A DNA stretch of 64,000 nt. It comes from Caenibius sp. Lineage in GTDB: Bacteria; Pseudomonadota; Alphaproteobacteria; Sphingomonadales; Sphingomonadaceae. The notes beneath the pieces are model-generated. The model worked only from the letters and a program-made list of their open reading frames with translations, did not search any database and was not told where the DNA came from. Of this stretch, positions 56,105 to 64,000 are shown piece after piece. Location of the stretch: the NCBI GenBank assembly GCA_030830695.1, contig JAURML010000026.1, positions 20,372 to 84,371 of the forward strand, written 5' to 3'. The translations under genes were made by a program, and so were the position numbers. The stretch's first letter is position 1, and each line of letters opens with the position of its first letter.

Positions 56105-57118
56105 ATGGACTTCGAAACCCGGATTGCTGAATATCTGATGCACCGCAATCCCGATGGTGGCAGCGTGACCATAGATCAGTTCGCCCGGATCCACGGCGGC
56201 TCCAGCCAGCAAACCTACCGCCTGCGCGCCACCTGGAATAAGGACGGGGCGCATCGCGAACAGCGCCTTATCCTGCGCCAGCCCCCCGAGGCCGGTATGG
56301 TCGAGGCGGACAACGATCTCGAATACCTAGTCTATTCCGCGCTGAACGGGGTGGCAATCCCCGTGCCGGTACCGCACTATATGGAACAGGACGCGAAGTG
56401 GCTGGAGCGCCCGTTCTTCATCATGGACATGATGCCGGGCAAACCGGGCCATTTCTATGTGCCGGGCGATCCCTATGAGGGACAGGGCCTGAAGGTGGCC
56501 GAGGCCTTCTGGCGGCACCTAGGCGATCTGGCGAAACTCGATCACCGCCTGCCCGGGCTGGACCGGCTGCGCGGTGCCGCCGAAACCGCGCTGCACTGGC
56601 GCGATGAGCTCGATTTCTGGGAAGCCACGCTCGATGCCGCTGAGGCCGGGGTGGAGCCCGTGGTTCGCGGCGCGATCCGATGGCTGCGCGCCAATCCGCC
56701 GCCCGCGCCGGCCAAGCCGGCGATCTGCCACGGCGATTACCGATCGGGCAATTTCCTGTTTCTGGACGATGGCTCGATCAGCGCGATCCTCGATTGGGAA
56801 ATGTGCCACGTCAGCGATCCGCTGGAGGACGTAGCATGGGCGATAAATTCGATGTGGACCATGGAGCGCCACCTGCCGCTCGCCGAAGGTCTCGCATTCT
56901 GGGAAGAGGCCAGCGGGCTGAAGGTCGATCCGCTGGCGCTGGACTGGTGGCGCCTGTTCACCGCGGTCAAGTGCTGCGGCCTGTGGACCAATGCCGAGGC
57001 CAGTTTCGAAGACGGTATCAACCGCGAAATGTCGATCGCGCTGACTGCGGTGCGCGCCACCCATTTCCACCACATGGAAATCCTCGACCGGATGGAAAAG
57101 CTCGGAGCCATGGCATGA
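56105..57118 (+). CDS. Phosphotransferase (APH/ChoK-fold kinase) family protein
   Basis: Brenner motif 'ICHGDYRSGNFLF' and 'ILDWEMCHVSDPLEDVAW'. RBS AGGAGAGG before 'MDFETR'. 337 aa. Confidence 0.8.
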   Translation: MDFETRIAEYLMHRNPDGGSVTIDQFARIHGGSSQQTYRLRATWNKDGAHREQRLILRQPPEAGMVEADNDLEYLVYSALNGVAIPVPVPHYMEQDAKWLERPFFIMDMMPGKPGHFYVPGDPYEGQGLKVAEAFWRHLGDLAKLDHRLPGLDRLRGAAETALHWRDELDFWEATLDAAEAGVEPVVRGAIRWLRANPPPAPAKPAICHGDYRSGNFLFLDDGSISAILDWEMCHVSDPLEDVAWAINSMWTMERHLPLAEGLAFWEEASGLKVDPLALDWWRLFTAVKCCGLWTNAEASFEDGINREMSIALTAVRATHFHHMEILDRMEKLGAMA

Positions 57119-57552
57119 AACTGACCGAAAAGACCGTGCTCGCCGGCGTGAGCGATGCCTTGCGCGACCTGGTGATGCCCAACGTTGCCGATGGCTATAC
57201 CCGCGAGGCCGTGCGCCTGGCGCAGCAGCTGGTCCAGCAGCTGGCTCGCGGCATAGACGATGCGGCCGAACGCCGGGTCGAGGAAAACCGCGCCATCCGC
57301 GTTCTGCTGACCCAGGGCGCCGAAAACTGCACCGCTCCCGAACTCGCCGCCCGGCTGGCGCAAGGTGCCGCTTCGGCTGATCCCGGACTGAAGCTCAGCG
57401 TACTCGATGCCGAAACCGCCCGATTGCGCGCCCAGTTGGTCGAATTGCAGGAATGGCTCGAAACACAGGATTCTGTTGAGACGCAGGCACTATCCGCCCG
57501 CATCTGGCGCGAACTGCGCCTCTTCGAGCAAGCGCGCGCGCCGCGGGACTGA
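57115..57552 (+). CDS. Small helical protein translationally coupled to the kinase (LvaB/DUF6285-like, tentative)
   Basis: 145 codons with an ATGA overlap to the kinase stop; GC3-rich. The N-terminus 'VSDALRDLVMPNVADGYTREAVRLAQQLVQQLAR' resembles small partners found next to APH-fold kinases. Confidence 0.5.
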   Translation: MKLTEKTVLAGVSDALRDLVMPNVADGYTREAVRLAQQLVQQLARGIDDAAERRVEENRAIRVLLTQGAENCTAPELAARLAQGAASADPGLKLSVLDAETARLRAQLVELQEWLETQDSVETQALSARIWRELRLFEQARAPRD

Positions 57553-57701
57553 TCGGTCTTCAGGAAGACTTGGCACGGTCCGCTACCAAGCTGGCTCCGG
57601 AGTCAAACCGGATGAGCGGGCGGACAGACAGCGCTTGCACATCAAACTCCGCTGCAGGACAAAGTACAGACTTCAACTGAACTTCATAACACTACTATCT
57701 G

Positions 57702-59198
57702 CTAAGAAATGATTTTTTTAACCTCACGGCGCAGCAGCTTACCCATTTCGTTATAGGGTAGCTCCTTCACGAAGACGATCTTCTCGGGAACGCGGCTTGA
57801 GCGCAGGCGGGCACGGACCAGTTCCCGGAGTTCGGCTTCACGGGGAATGGCATGATCTTCGCGAAGGACCAGCGCGACGCCCACAGCTTCACCCCATTCG
57901 ACCGACGGCACTGCGCAAGCGCAGGCATCGGCTATGGCGGGATGGGTCAGCAGCACATCCTCGATCTCGCCCGGCGACATGTTCTCGCCGCCACGCACGA
58001 TCACGTCGTCTGCCCGGCCCGACAGGAACAGGTAGCCGTCTTCGTCGATAAAGCCGGCGTCGCGGGTAGGGAACCAGCCGCCTTCGACCAGTGCTGACTT
58101 GCCCTTATATTCGCCCGAAACTTGGTCGCCACGGACGTAAATCTCGCCCGCTTCGTTGGGTCCGAGAATATTGCCGTCCTCGTCGCGAATCTCGATCTCG
58201 ACAGTCGGCAAGGGTTGGCCGAGCGAGGTCAGTCGCGCGCGCACCTTCGGATTGTCGCTTTCCAACGCCGCGCGGTGATCCTCTGGGCCAAGCAGAGCAA
58301 TGGTGCTGCTGGTCTCGGTCAGGCCATAGGCATTGGTGAACCCGGCCCCGGGGAACCGATCGAGCGCTTTGGTGATGACCTCGAGCGGCATCTTCCCGCC
58401 ACCATAGGCAATGGCGCGCAAGGAAGAGACGTTGGTCTCAGGCGCCTTATCGAATGCATCGATGATGCGGCCCAGCATGGTCGGCACGACGAAGGCGTTG
58501 GTTACAGCCTCCTGTTCAACCAGGTTGAGCCAGCCTTTGGGCGAGAAGCTGGGCAGCATGACGATGCGGCGACCGGCGTAGATCGAGCTCATCAGCGCCG
58601 AGATGCCGGCGATGTGGTACGGTGGGACGACGACCAGGGCGGCATCGCTCTCTCCAGCCGAGGCGAATTCGACCGAGCCAAGGATGTAGCCCAAAAGGTT
58701 CGAATGGCGCAGGATCGCGGCCTTGGGCGCGGCCGTCGTGCCGCTCGTGAACAGCTGGACCGCGACACCTTCGCCTGGATCATATTCGCGGGAATCGTCG
58801 GCGGGGACGGTTCCCTGCGCCTTGAGCGCGAAATCTTCGCGGCTGAGAACGGTGTGCCCCTGATCACCTGCAATGCGGGCGACACGCTCTTCATCACCGA
58901 CCACGAGGGCCGGGGCGATCCGGCCGAGCAAAGCGGCGAGGTCTTCGTCGGCGAGGCGGTAGTTGAGCGGGCAATAGGGAACGCCCGCCAATGCCGCGCC
59001 AAACAGGCCGATCACTGCCGCTTCGCTGCTTTCATCAAGCAGGGCGACATATTCCGCATTGCACTCCTGGATCAGCTCGAACGCCCCGCGCGCAGCAGCA
59101 AGCAAGTCGCCATAGGTCCAGCGCTTGCCATCGCAGACCAGCGCAATGCGGTCAGCCCCGGCCTCGGCGGCCATTTCTAGTAGCAGCGAGATGTTCAT
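57702..59198 (-). CDS. Acyl-CoA synthetase (AMP-forming)
   Basis: 'QLFTSGTTAAPKA', 'NAYGLTETSS', 'TRDAGFIDEDGYLFLSGRADD'. 498 aa. Confidence 0.85.
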   Translation of the reverse strand: MNISLLLEMAAEAGADRIALVCDGKRWTYGDLLAAARGAFELIQECNAEYVALLDESSEAAVIGLFGAALAGVPYCPLNYRLADEDLAALLGRIAPALVVGDEERVARIAGDQGHTVLSREDFALKAQGTVPADDSREYDPGEGVAVQLFTSGTTAAPKAAILRHSNLLGYILGSVEFASAGESDAALVVVPPYHIAGISALMSSIYAGRRIVMLPSFSPKGWLNLVEQEAVTNAFVVPTMLGRIIDAFDKAPETNVSSLRAIAYGGGKMPLEVITKALDRFPGAGFTNAYGLTETSSTIALLGPEDHRAALESDNPKVRARLTSLGQPLPTVEIEIRDEDGNILGPNEAGEIYVRGDQVSGEYKGKSALVEGGWFPTRDAGFIDEDGYLFLSGRADDVIVRGGENMSPGEIEDVLLTHPAIADACACAVPSVEWGEAVGVALVLREDHAIPREAELRELVRARLRSSRVPEKIVFVKELPYNEMGKLLRREVKKIIS

Positions 59199-59219
59199 GG
59201 GAAAGAACCGGTTTCCAGA

Positions 59220-59510
59220 TCAGTCCGAAGCGGGCAGAGGCTTGGCGTCCTTGACCGACAGCGCCACGCCATCGACTGAAAGCGAGCCCTTGCCAGGCTT
59301 GACGCAGAGCAGTTCGTACTTGCCGTCGGAATCGACATAGCGCTTGCCCATCAACGTGCCATTGGCGTGATCGGCGCTCATGGCACCCGCCTCGGCAGGT
59401 TTGGCCTCACCCATCGGCGCGCCGCCGCATTCGATGGTGCCATCGGCGCTCTTGATAACCATGACTTCGGTGTCACAGATCGCGCTCTTCAAACGGGTTC
59501 CGGGCTTCAT
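59220..59510 (-). CDS. Small hypothetical protein with an internal duplication (96 aa)
   Basis: Strong RBS GGAAGGAAA before 'MKPGTRL'. It is wedged between the CoA-transferase and synthetase genes. The two halves align: 'EVMVIKSADGTIECGGAPM' with 'ELLCVKPGKGSLSVDGVAL'. Confidence 0.5.
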   Translation of the reverse strand: MKPGTRLKSAICDTEVMVIKSADGTIECGGAPMGEAKPAEAGAMSADHANGTLMGKRYVDSDGKYELLCVKPGKGSLSVDGVALSVKDAKPLPASD

Positions 59511-59530
59511 CTCTGTTTCCTTCCTGCTCG

Positions 59531-60760
59531 TCAGGCGATTGCGCCCTTGGCCTTCAATTCCTCGATCTGGTCCCATTCGAGCCCCAATTCCATCAGGAAC
59601 AGCTCGGTGTGTTCCGAAGCCTGAGGGCAGCGACTTGTAGTGACCGGCTGGTGGTTGAACTGCACCGGGTTTCGCACCAGCCTCATCGGTGGCTCGCCTT
59701 CATCGATAGCTTCGACCTCGATCAACATGTCATTGGCGAGCGCCTGCTCGTCCTGGGTCAGTTCCAGCAGGCTGAGCGCCGGGGCCCACTGGCCGGTGTA
59801 GGTCTTCAGCCGTTCGAGCCAATAGGCAAACGGCTGGCTTGCAAAGGCTTTGGTGAGGATATCGCTCATCGGTTCCCAGTTGGACATGATCGACCGAGCG
59901 TCGGCAAAGCGCGGGTCCTGCGACAGTTCGGGCTGACCAATGGTATCAAACAGATTTTGCGCATAGGTTCCCGGGGTGAGCGTCGTAAGATTGATTACGC
60001 GCCCGTCCGAGGTCTTGAAATTGCCAAGGAACGGGTTGCCCATCATCGCACCCGAACGCGGCAGACGGGCCTTGGCCGAAACACCGGTCTCCATCGCCTG
60101 GTTGATCGCGAGGCCCGCCGACCACCATGCGGTGGACAGCAGCGAGACGTCGAGTTCCACAGCCTCTCCCGTCCTCTCACGATGAAACAGCGCTGCCGAA
60201 ATGCCGCCCGCGATGTACATTCCTCCGATCGAATCGCCGAACGCGCCGATTGGCTGGCCGATAACGCCATCAAGTTCCTCAGGCGTGACGGCATCCGCAA
60301 TCCCGCCGCGAGTCCAGAAGGCCGTACTGTCGAACCCTCCAGCTTCGCGCTCAGCTCCCTTGTCACCAAAAGCACTGCCGCGGGCATAGATGATATTCGG
60401 ATTGACCGCGCGGATATGCTCGATGTCGATCCTGTTTTTCTGACGGATCGCGGGAAGGTAATTTGTCAGGAAGACATCGGCTGTCTTGGCGATCTCGTAG
60501 ATCAGTTCCTGGCCTTCGGGCGTGCTGATATCGACCCCGACCGAACGCTTGCCTCGATTGGGGTGTTCCATCATCGGGTTGCGGTTCGCGTTCACGCCCT
60601 GGCCATTCATCGCAATGAAGCCCCGCTGGGTATCGCCGCGTACCGGGTGTTCTATCTTGATGACGTCTGCCCCCCAATCCGCCAGCACTGCACCTGCTGC
60701 CGGAACGAAGGTGAACTGGGCCAGTTCGAGGACCCGGACGCCTTTCATCACTTGTACCAA
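59531..60760 (-). CDS. Family III CoA-transferase (CaiB/BaiF-like)
   Basis: '[31 protein letters not shown]'. 409 aa. Confidence 0.9.
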   Translation of the reverse strand: MVQVMKGVRVLELAQFTFVPAAGAVLADWGADVIKIEHPVRGDTQRGFIAMNGQGVNANRNPMMEHPNRGKRSVGVDISTPEGQELIYEIAKTADVFLTNYLPAIRQKNRIDIEHIRAVNPNIIYARGSAFGDKGAEREAGGFDSTAFWTRGGIADAVTPEELDGVIGQPIGAFGDSIGGMYIAGGISAALFHRERTGEAVELDVSLLSTAWWSAGLAINQAMETGVSAKARLPRSGAMMGNPFLGNFKTSDGRVINLTTLTPGTYAQNLFDTIGQPELSQDPRFADARSIMSNWEPMSDILTKAFASQPFAYWLERLKTYTGQWAPALSLLELTQDEQALANDMLIEVEAIDEGEPPMRLVRNPVQFNHQPVTTSRCPQASEHTELFLMELGLEWDQIEELKAKGAIA

Positions 60761-61080
60761 AACTTGCTCTCCACTGATCGAGAATCCGGCTTAGCCGAAC
60801 ACATTCCGCAAATAGCGGCTTTTGCAGCAGATGAAAGAGATATCGCTTTTGAGTCAAGTCGAGTTTGCTTTAATACAAGCGCGCGGCGAGGCGGAGAGAC
60901 GGGCTGTTGTGGAAATTGTCACGCGCATGCTCGAGGTCAGCTTGCGCCCTTGCAGACGACTGCCTAAACCCACATACGCAGAACGAAAGGCATTTCTGCG
61001 ATATCTGCCCTTCGTCGACCAGATGCGCAATGGGCAATATCGTCAACAACGCCAGTATCAATCACCTTGGGAATAAGCGA

Positions 61081-61890
61081 ATGACCTATCCACAATATGA
61101 GACACTGCTAGCCGAGCAACGCGACCGCGTCCTTTGGCTAACCCTCAATCGTCCCGACGCACTGAACACGCTGTCGCTGCAAATGGCAGCAGACCTGCAC
61201 GACTGCCTCGACCGACTCTACCATGATCGCGATGTGCACCTGGTTGTGCTGCGTGGGGCCGGTCGGGCATTCTGCGCAGGACTGGACCTTAAGGAAACTA
61301 CGTCAGGAGCATATAATCAGGCGCCTTTTGCCGGCGGATTCGGCCTGCAGTCGCATCTCGCCGACATCTTTATCAAGATGCGTCGCTGCCCACAGCCGAT
61401 AATCGCCCTTATACATGGCGCGGCCTGCGGCGGCGGCTTCGCCTTGGCGCTTGCTAGCGACATCCGGATTGCCGGCGAAAGCGCCCGGATGAGCACATCG
61501 ACCATCCGGCTCGGTCTCTCCGGCTGCGAAATGGGGATGAGCTGGTTCCTGCCGCGCATCGTGGGGAGCTCGATCGCCTCGGAGCTGATGCTGACCGCGC
61601 GCTTTATCGAGGCCCCCCGCGCCCTCGCGACTGGGCTGGTTTCAGAAGTCGTTGCCGACAGCCAACTCGAAACGGCAGCCCAAGGCTATCTGGACGACAT
61701 GCTCACCGGAACCCCTGTGGGCCTCCGCCTGACCAAAGAAGGCATCAATGCCTCGCTTGGAGCCGCGAGCCTTGAGTCATGCATGATGCTCGAAAACCGG
61801 AATCAAATCATAGCAGGAACAAGCGACGATGCTCGAGAAGCTCGGCGCGCATTTGTCGAGAAGCGCAAGCCAATCTACGGGACCAAGTGA
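61081..61890 (+). CDS. Enoyl-CoA hydratase/isomerase (crotonase fold)
   Basis: 'LTLNRPDALNTL', 'AFCAGLDL', 'GAACGGGFALALASDIRIAG'. Start at 'MTYPQYE' (61081) within ORF 60907. Confidence 0.85.
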   Translation: MTYPQYETLLAEQRDRVLWLTLNRPDALNTLSLQMAADLHDCLDRLYHDRDVHLVVLRGAGRAFCAGLDLKETTSGAYNQAPFAGGFGLQSHLADIFIKMRRCPQPIIALIHGAACGGGFALALASDIRIAGESARMSTSTIRLGLSGCEMGMSWFLPRIVGSSIASELMLTARFIEAPRALATGLVSEVVADSQLETAAQGYLDDMLTGTPVGLRLTKEGINASLGAASLESCMMLENRNQIIAGTSDDAREARRAFVEKRKPIYGTK

Positions 61891-62358
61891 CCCTGTCGAG
61901 CCGACTACGGCTCTTTTTGCATTGCTCTGTGCCAACTTAATCATCTGCAGAAACCATATGATCGGTACTTTTGACCACCACGATGTGGCTGCTCGATCGG
62001 GCAATCTGCTTCATTAAAGGGGCGCGAGACACACTCTTCCTTTAGTTCCCAGCTGTCGCATCGAAACACAATCTGTTATCTCTATAGGAGACCCACCGTA
62101 CGTTTTCGGCTTGATATTTGGCCCTTGCGCAGTAAGTCTGGAACTTAAAGTTATCTTAAATGCAGGGAAAGGCATGGATCGGTTCCACTGGAGCCTTCAA
62201 CAAAATTTGACACGTGGCGACCAAATTCTGACGACAAGCCAATTGTCAAGCAATGCCTGGAGAATATTGAAAGTATTTCTTACGATATATGGAATGCTTC
62301 GATATTTTTCTGCAGTAAATTTGTAAAAATGCCAATTAACATATCCGAGGTAGAAATA

Positions 62359-63099
62359 ATGACTGCAAGATTTGAGGGAAAAGTAGCGATCATCACGGGA
62401 GCTGCTAGCGGAATTGGCAAGGCAACCGCAAAGCGTTTGTCTGATGAAGGCGCGGCCGTTGCAATTCTGGACCTGAATGAGGGGCTCGCAAAAGAAGTTG
62501 CTGACGGGCTTCCCAAGGCTCTCGCTTTCAGTGTCGATGTAACCGACGAAGGTGCCGTGAAGGCCGCCGTTGCACAGGTGCTCGCCAAATGGGCACGGAT
62601 CGATATTCTCGTCAACAATGCGGGCGGAATGGCAGGCATACTCCCGATCGAACATATGACCATGGAAGTGGTCCGGCGCACGACCGAGGTTAACTATCTG
62701 AGTCAGTGGATTTGCACCTTGGCAGTCCTGCCCTCCTTGCAAGTCGCAGGTGGTAACATTGTCAATATTTCGAGCGGCTCTGCGCAAACACCGGTTTACG
62801 GAATGGGAGCTTATGGTAGTGCAAAAGCCGCCGTCTCTAACTTCACCGAAGCATGCGCGCGGGAATTCGGCGGCAAGAATATGCGCGTCAATGCGATCGT
62901 GCCCGGCTACATACAATTTGATGGCAAGAAGCCGAGCTTCACGGAAGAGCAAGCCGAAATGATTGCCCAGCAAGCGATGCAGAGGCAGGCTCTCAAGCAA
63001 ATAGGAATGCCGAGCGACATCGCCGCTGCGGTGGCGTTCCTTTGCTCTGAAGATGCACGTCACATCACCGGGATCGAATTGCGGGTCAGCGGCGGCTGA
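62359..63099 (+). CDS. SDR family oxidoreductase (FabG-like)
   Basis: 'KVAIITGAASGIGKATAKRL', 'NNAG', 'YGSAKAAV'. RBS GAGG before the ATG. GC content is lower than in the core island. Confidence 0.85.
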   Translation: MTARFEGKVAIITGAASGIGKATAKRLSDEGAAVAILDLNEGLAKEVADGLPKALAFSVDVTDEGAVKAAVAQVLAKWARIDILVNNAGGMAGILPIEHMTMEVVRRTTEVNYLSQWICTLAVLPSLQVAGGNIVNISSGSAQTPVYGMGAYGSAKAAVSNFTEACAREFGGKNMRVNAIVPGYIQFDGKKPSFTEEQAEMIAQQAMQRQALKQIGMPSDIAAAVAFLCSEDARHITGIELRVSGG

Positions 63100-63234
63100 C
63101 CATCGGGCCAAAAGCCGCCGCAGCCCAAGCTATGCGGAGAAGTTGGGGCTAAATATCGATCCCGCCGCGTCGAACAACATCGGCATCATGCCTTGCTTAT
63201 TCTCCAGTGTGCGGGCGCGACCAGCCAGAGGCAA

Positions 63235-63262
63235 AAAGGCCGGCGATCGCTCGCCGGCCTTT
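63235..63262. terminator. Perfect 12-bp stem-loop between convergent genes (bidirectional terminator)
   Basis: AAAGGCCGGCGA-TCGC-TCGCCGGCCTTT, read directly from the sequence. A- and T-runs flank the stem. Confidence 0.6.
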
Positions 63263-63287
63263 CGCATTACTTGTAACTCGTGCAGTG

Positions 63288-64000
63288 TTATTTCGAACCC
63301 CACTGGACCCTGACACTGAGGCCAAACTCGCGTAGAGCGTTCCTGCGGGTTTCGAAGTATCCGCTGCCAACCGTGGGAGAGAAACTGCCCAACGGGTTCT
63401 GCGCCGTAGCGATCAACCCACCGAAATCGGCAAAGGGACTGGCAGCACGGAACAGCTCAACATCTGCGTTGAAAACGTTCTTTGCATAGAGGCTGATATC
63501 CGCAACGTCGCCAATCCGTACACCCGCAAACAGGTTAACAGTGGCAAAGTCCTGTGCAGTGAATTTGACGGCCTCGTTAGTCGCCTTATTGCGATAAGTC
63601 GTCAAAGTCCGCAGATAGCCGACATTGTTGCCAAACGGGACGCGGTATTCCGCTTGCAAGTTTGCACTAAACCGAGGCTGACTCGAACTCGAACCATTGC
63701 TCCTGCAAAATGCGATTGGAGCTGCCGCGGTGGGCTGGATCGGAATGCCAGCTGCGGTAAAAGTTTGGCACGGAATAAGCGCGTCGCGGAACTTTCCATC
63801 GGCATAATTCGCGTTCAACGAAAAGTCAAAATTATCCCCAATTCGCGCGCCCAGCTCGGCCTCGAAGCCTCGAACCCGGGCATCGGCTCCATATACGATA
63901 TCCCGCGGTGTCACCACGCCATTAACCAGAACCGGTACGCCAGAGATTTGCACGATCAGATTCTTGAAGTCCTGCTGGAATACGGCAGCGCTGAAACGCA
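63288..64000 (-). CDS. TonB-dependent receptor, C-terminal beta-barrel part (5' end outside the window)
   Basis: The frame stays open to base 64000. Alternating beta-strand pattern 'FDFSLNANYADGKF', 'ANLQAEYRVPF' and terminal 'REFGLSVRVQWGSK' fit the last TBDR barrel strands. Confidence 0.7.
   Translation of the reverse strand, partial: RFSAAVFQQDFKNLIVQISGVPVLVNGVVTPRDIVYGADARVRGFEAELGARIGDNFDFSLNANYADGKFRDALIPCQTFTAAGIPIQPTAAAPIAFCRSNGSSSSQPRFSANLQAEYRVPFGNNVGYLRTLTTYRNKATNEAVKFTAQDFATVNLFAGVRIGDVADISLYAKNVFNADVELFRAASPFADFGGLIATAQNPLGSFSPTVGSGYFETRRNALREFGLSVRVQWGSK

Noticed and set aside
57553-57701. Possible terminator hairpin GTCTTC-AG-GAAGAC after the small kinase-partner ORF
   Set aside because: The stem is only 5-6 bp with an almost absent loop and no U-tract. 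It is too weak to annotate.
60822-61076. 84-aa ORF ending 4 nt before the crotonase start, in the 320-bp divergent region
   Set aside because: Its codon usage is atypical for this genome (ATA, TTA and AGA codons; AT-rich third positions) and it has no recognisable domain. I kept it only as a possibility for an upstream small ORF or leader, and it is not annotated.
1-64000. Search for rRNA, tRNA, CRISPR arrays, IS elements, integrases, phage genes or defence systems
   Set aside because: None was recognised. There are no long tandem or spaced repeats and no transposase- or integrase-like ORFs. All large ORFs have metabolic, transport or regulatory signatures. The lower-GC patches therefore lack visible mobility genes.

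Overview
High-GC segment (hand-counted 60-nt lines reach about 73% GC). It looks alphaproteobacterial, possibly sphingomonad; that is inferred from composition, a TonB-dependent receptor and gene content. No rRNA, tRNA, CRISPR array, transposase or integrase was recognised.

Almost the whole window is one densely packed catabolic island of about 57 protein genes. The substrate is probably a bulky methyl-branched or alicyclic carboxylic acid handled as a CoA thioester. A steroid or bile-salt side chain, or an isoprenoid acid, are the best guesses.

Gene content:
- 4 acyl-CoA synthetases
- 5 acyl-CoA dehydrogenase (ACAD) genes: two translationally coupled large/small pairs plus one stand-alone
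- 5 crotonase-fold hydratases
- 5 SDRs, three of them HSD17B4-, HSD17B10- and HSDL2-like
- 2 family-III (CaiB/AMACR-like) CoA-transferases and 1 family-I CoA-transferase
- 1 thiolase and 1 aldehyde dehydrogenase
- 3 alpha-only Rieske oxygenases
- 1 cytochrome P450 with an overlapping rubredoxin gene
- 3 amidohydrolase_2 proteins
- a benzoylformate-decarboxylase-like ThDP enzyme coupled to a GlcD-type FAD dehydrogenase
- a double hot-dog hydratase
- a cytoplasmic molybdopterin oxidoreductase
- two APH-fold kinases, one full-length with a small coupled partner and one truncated
- TetR (x2), GntR and MarR regulators

Lower-GC patches are embedded in the island. They hold a sterol-desaturase-family membrane di-iron enzyme, a MarR-EmrA-EmrB efflux operon, and an AT-rich spacer plus an SDR.

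Most interesting modules (all functional readings are inference):
1. The ThDP/FAD pair, a possible one-carbon (alpha-oxidation-type) cleavage step.
2. A twice-occurring Rieske-then-amidohydrolase_2 gene pair.
3. P450-rubredoxin coupling, with no reductase in the window.
4. An LvaAB-like kinase plus small-protein pair.
5. An orphan Mo-enzyme operon that ends in a truncated kinase at the junction with the efflux operon.
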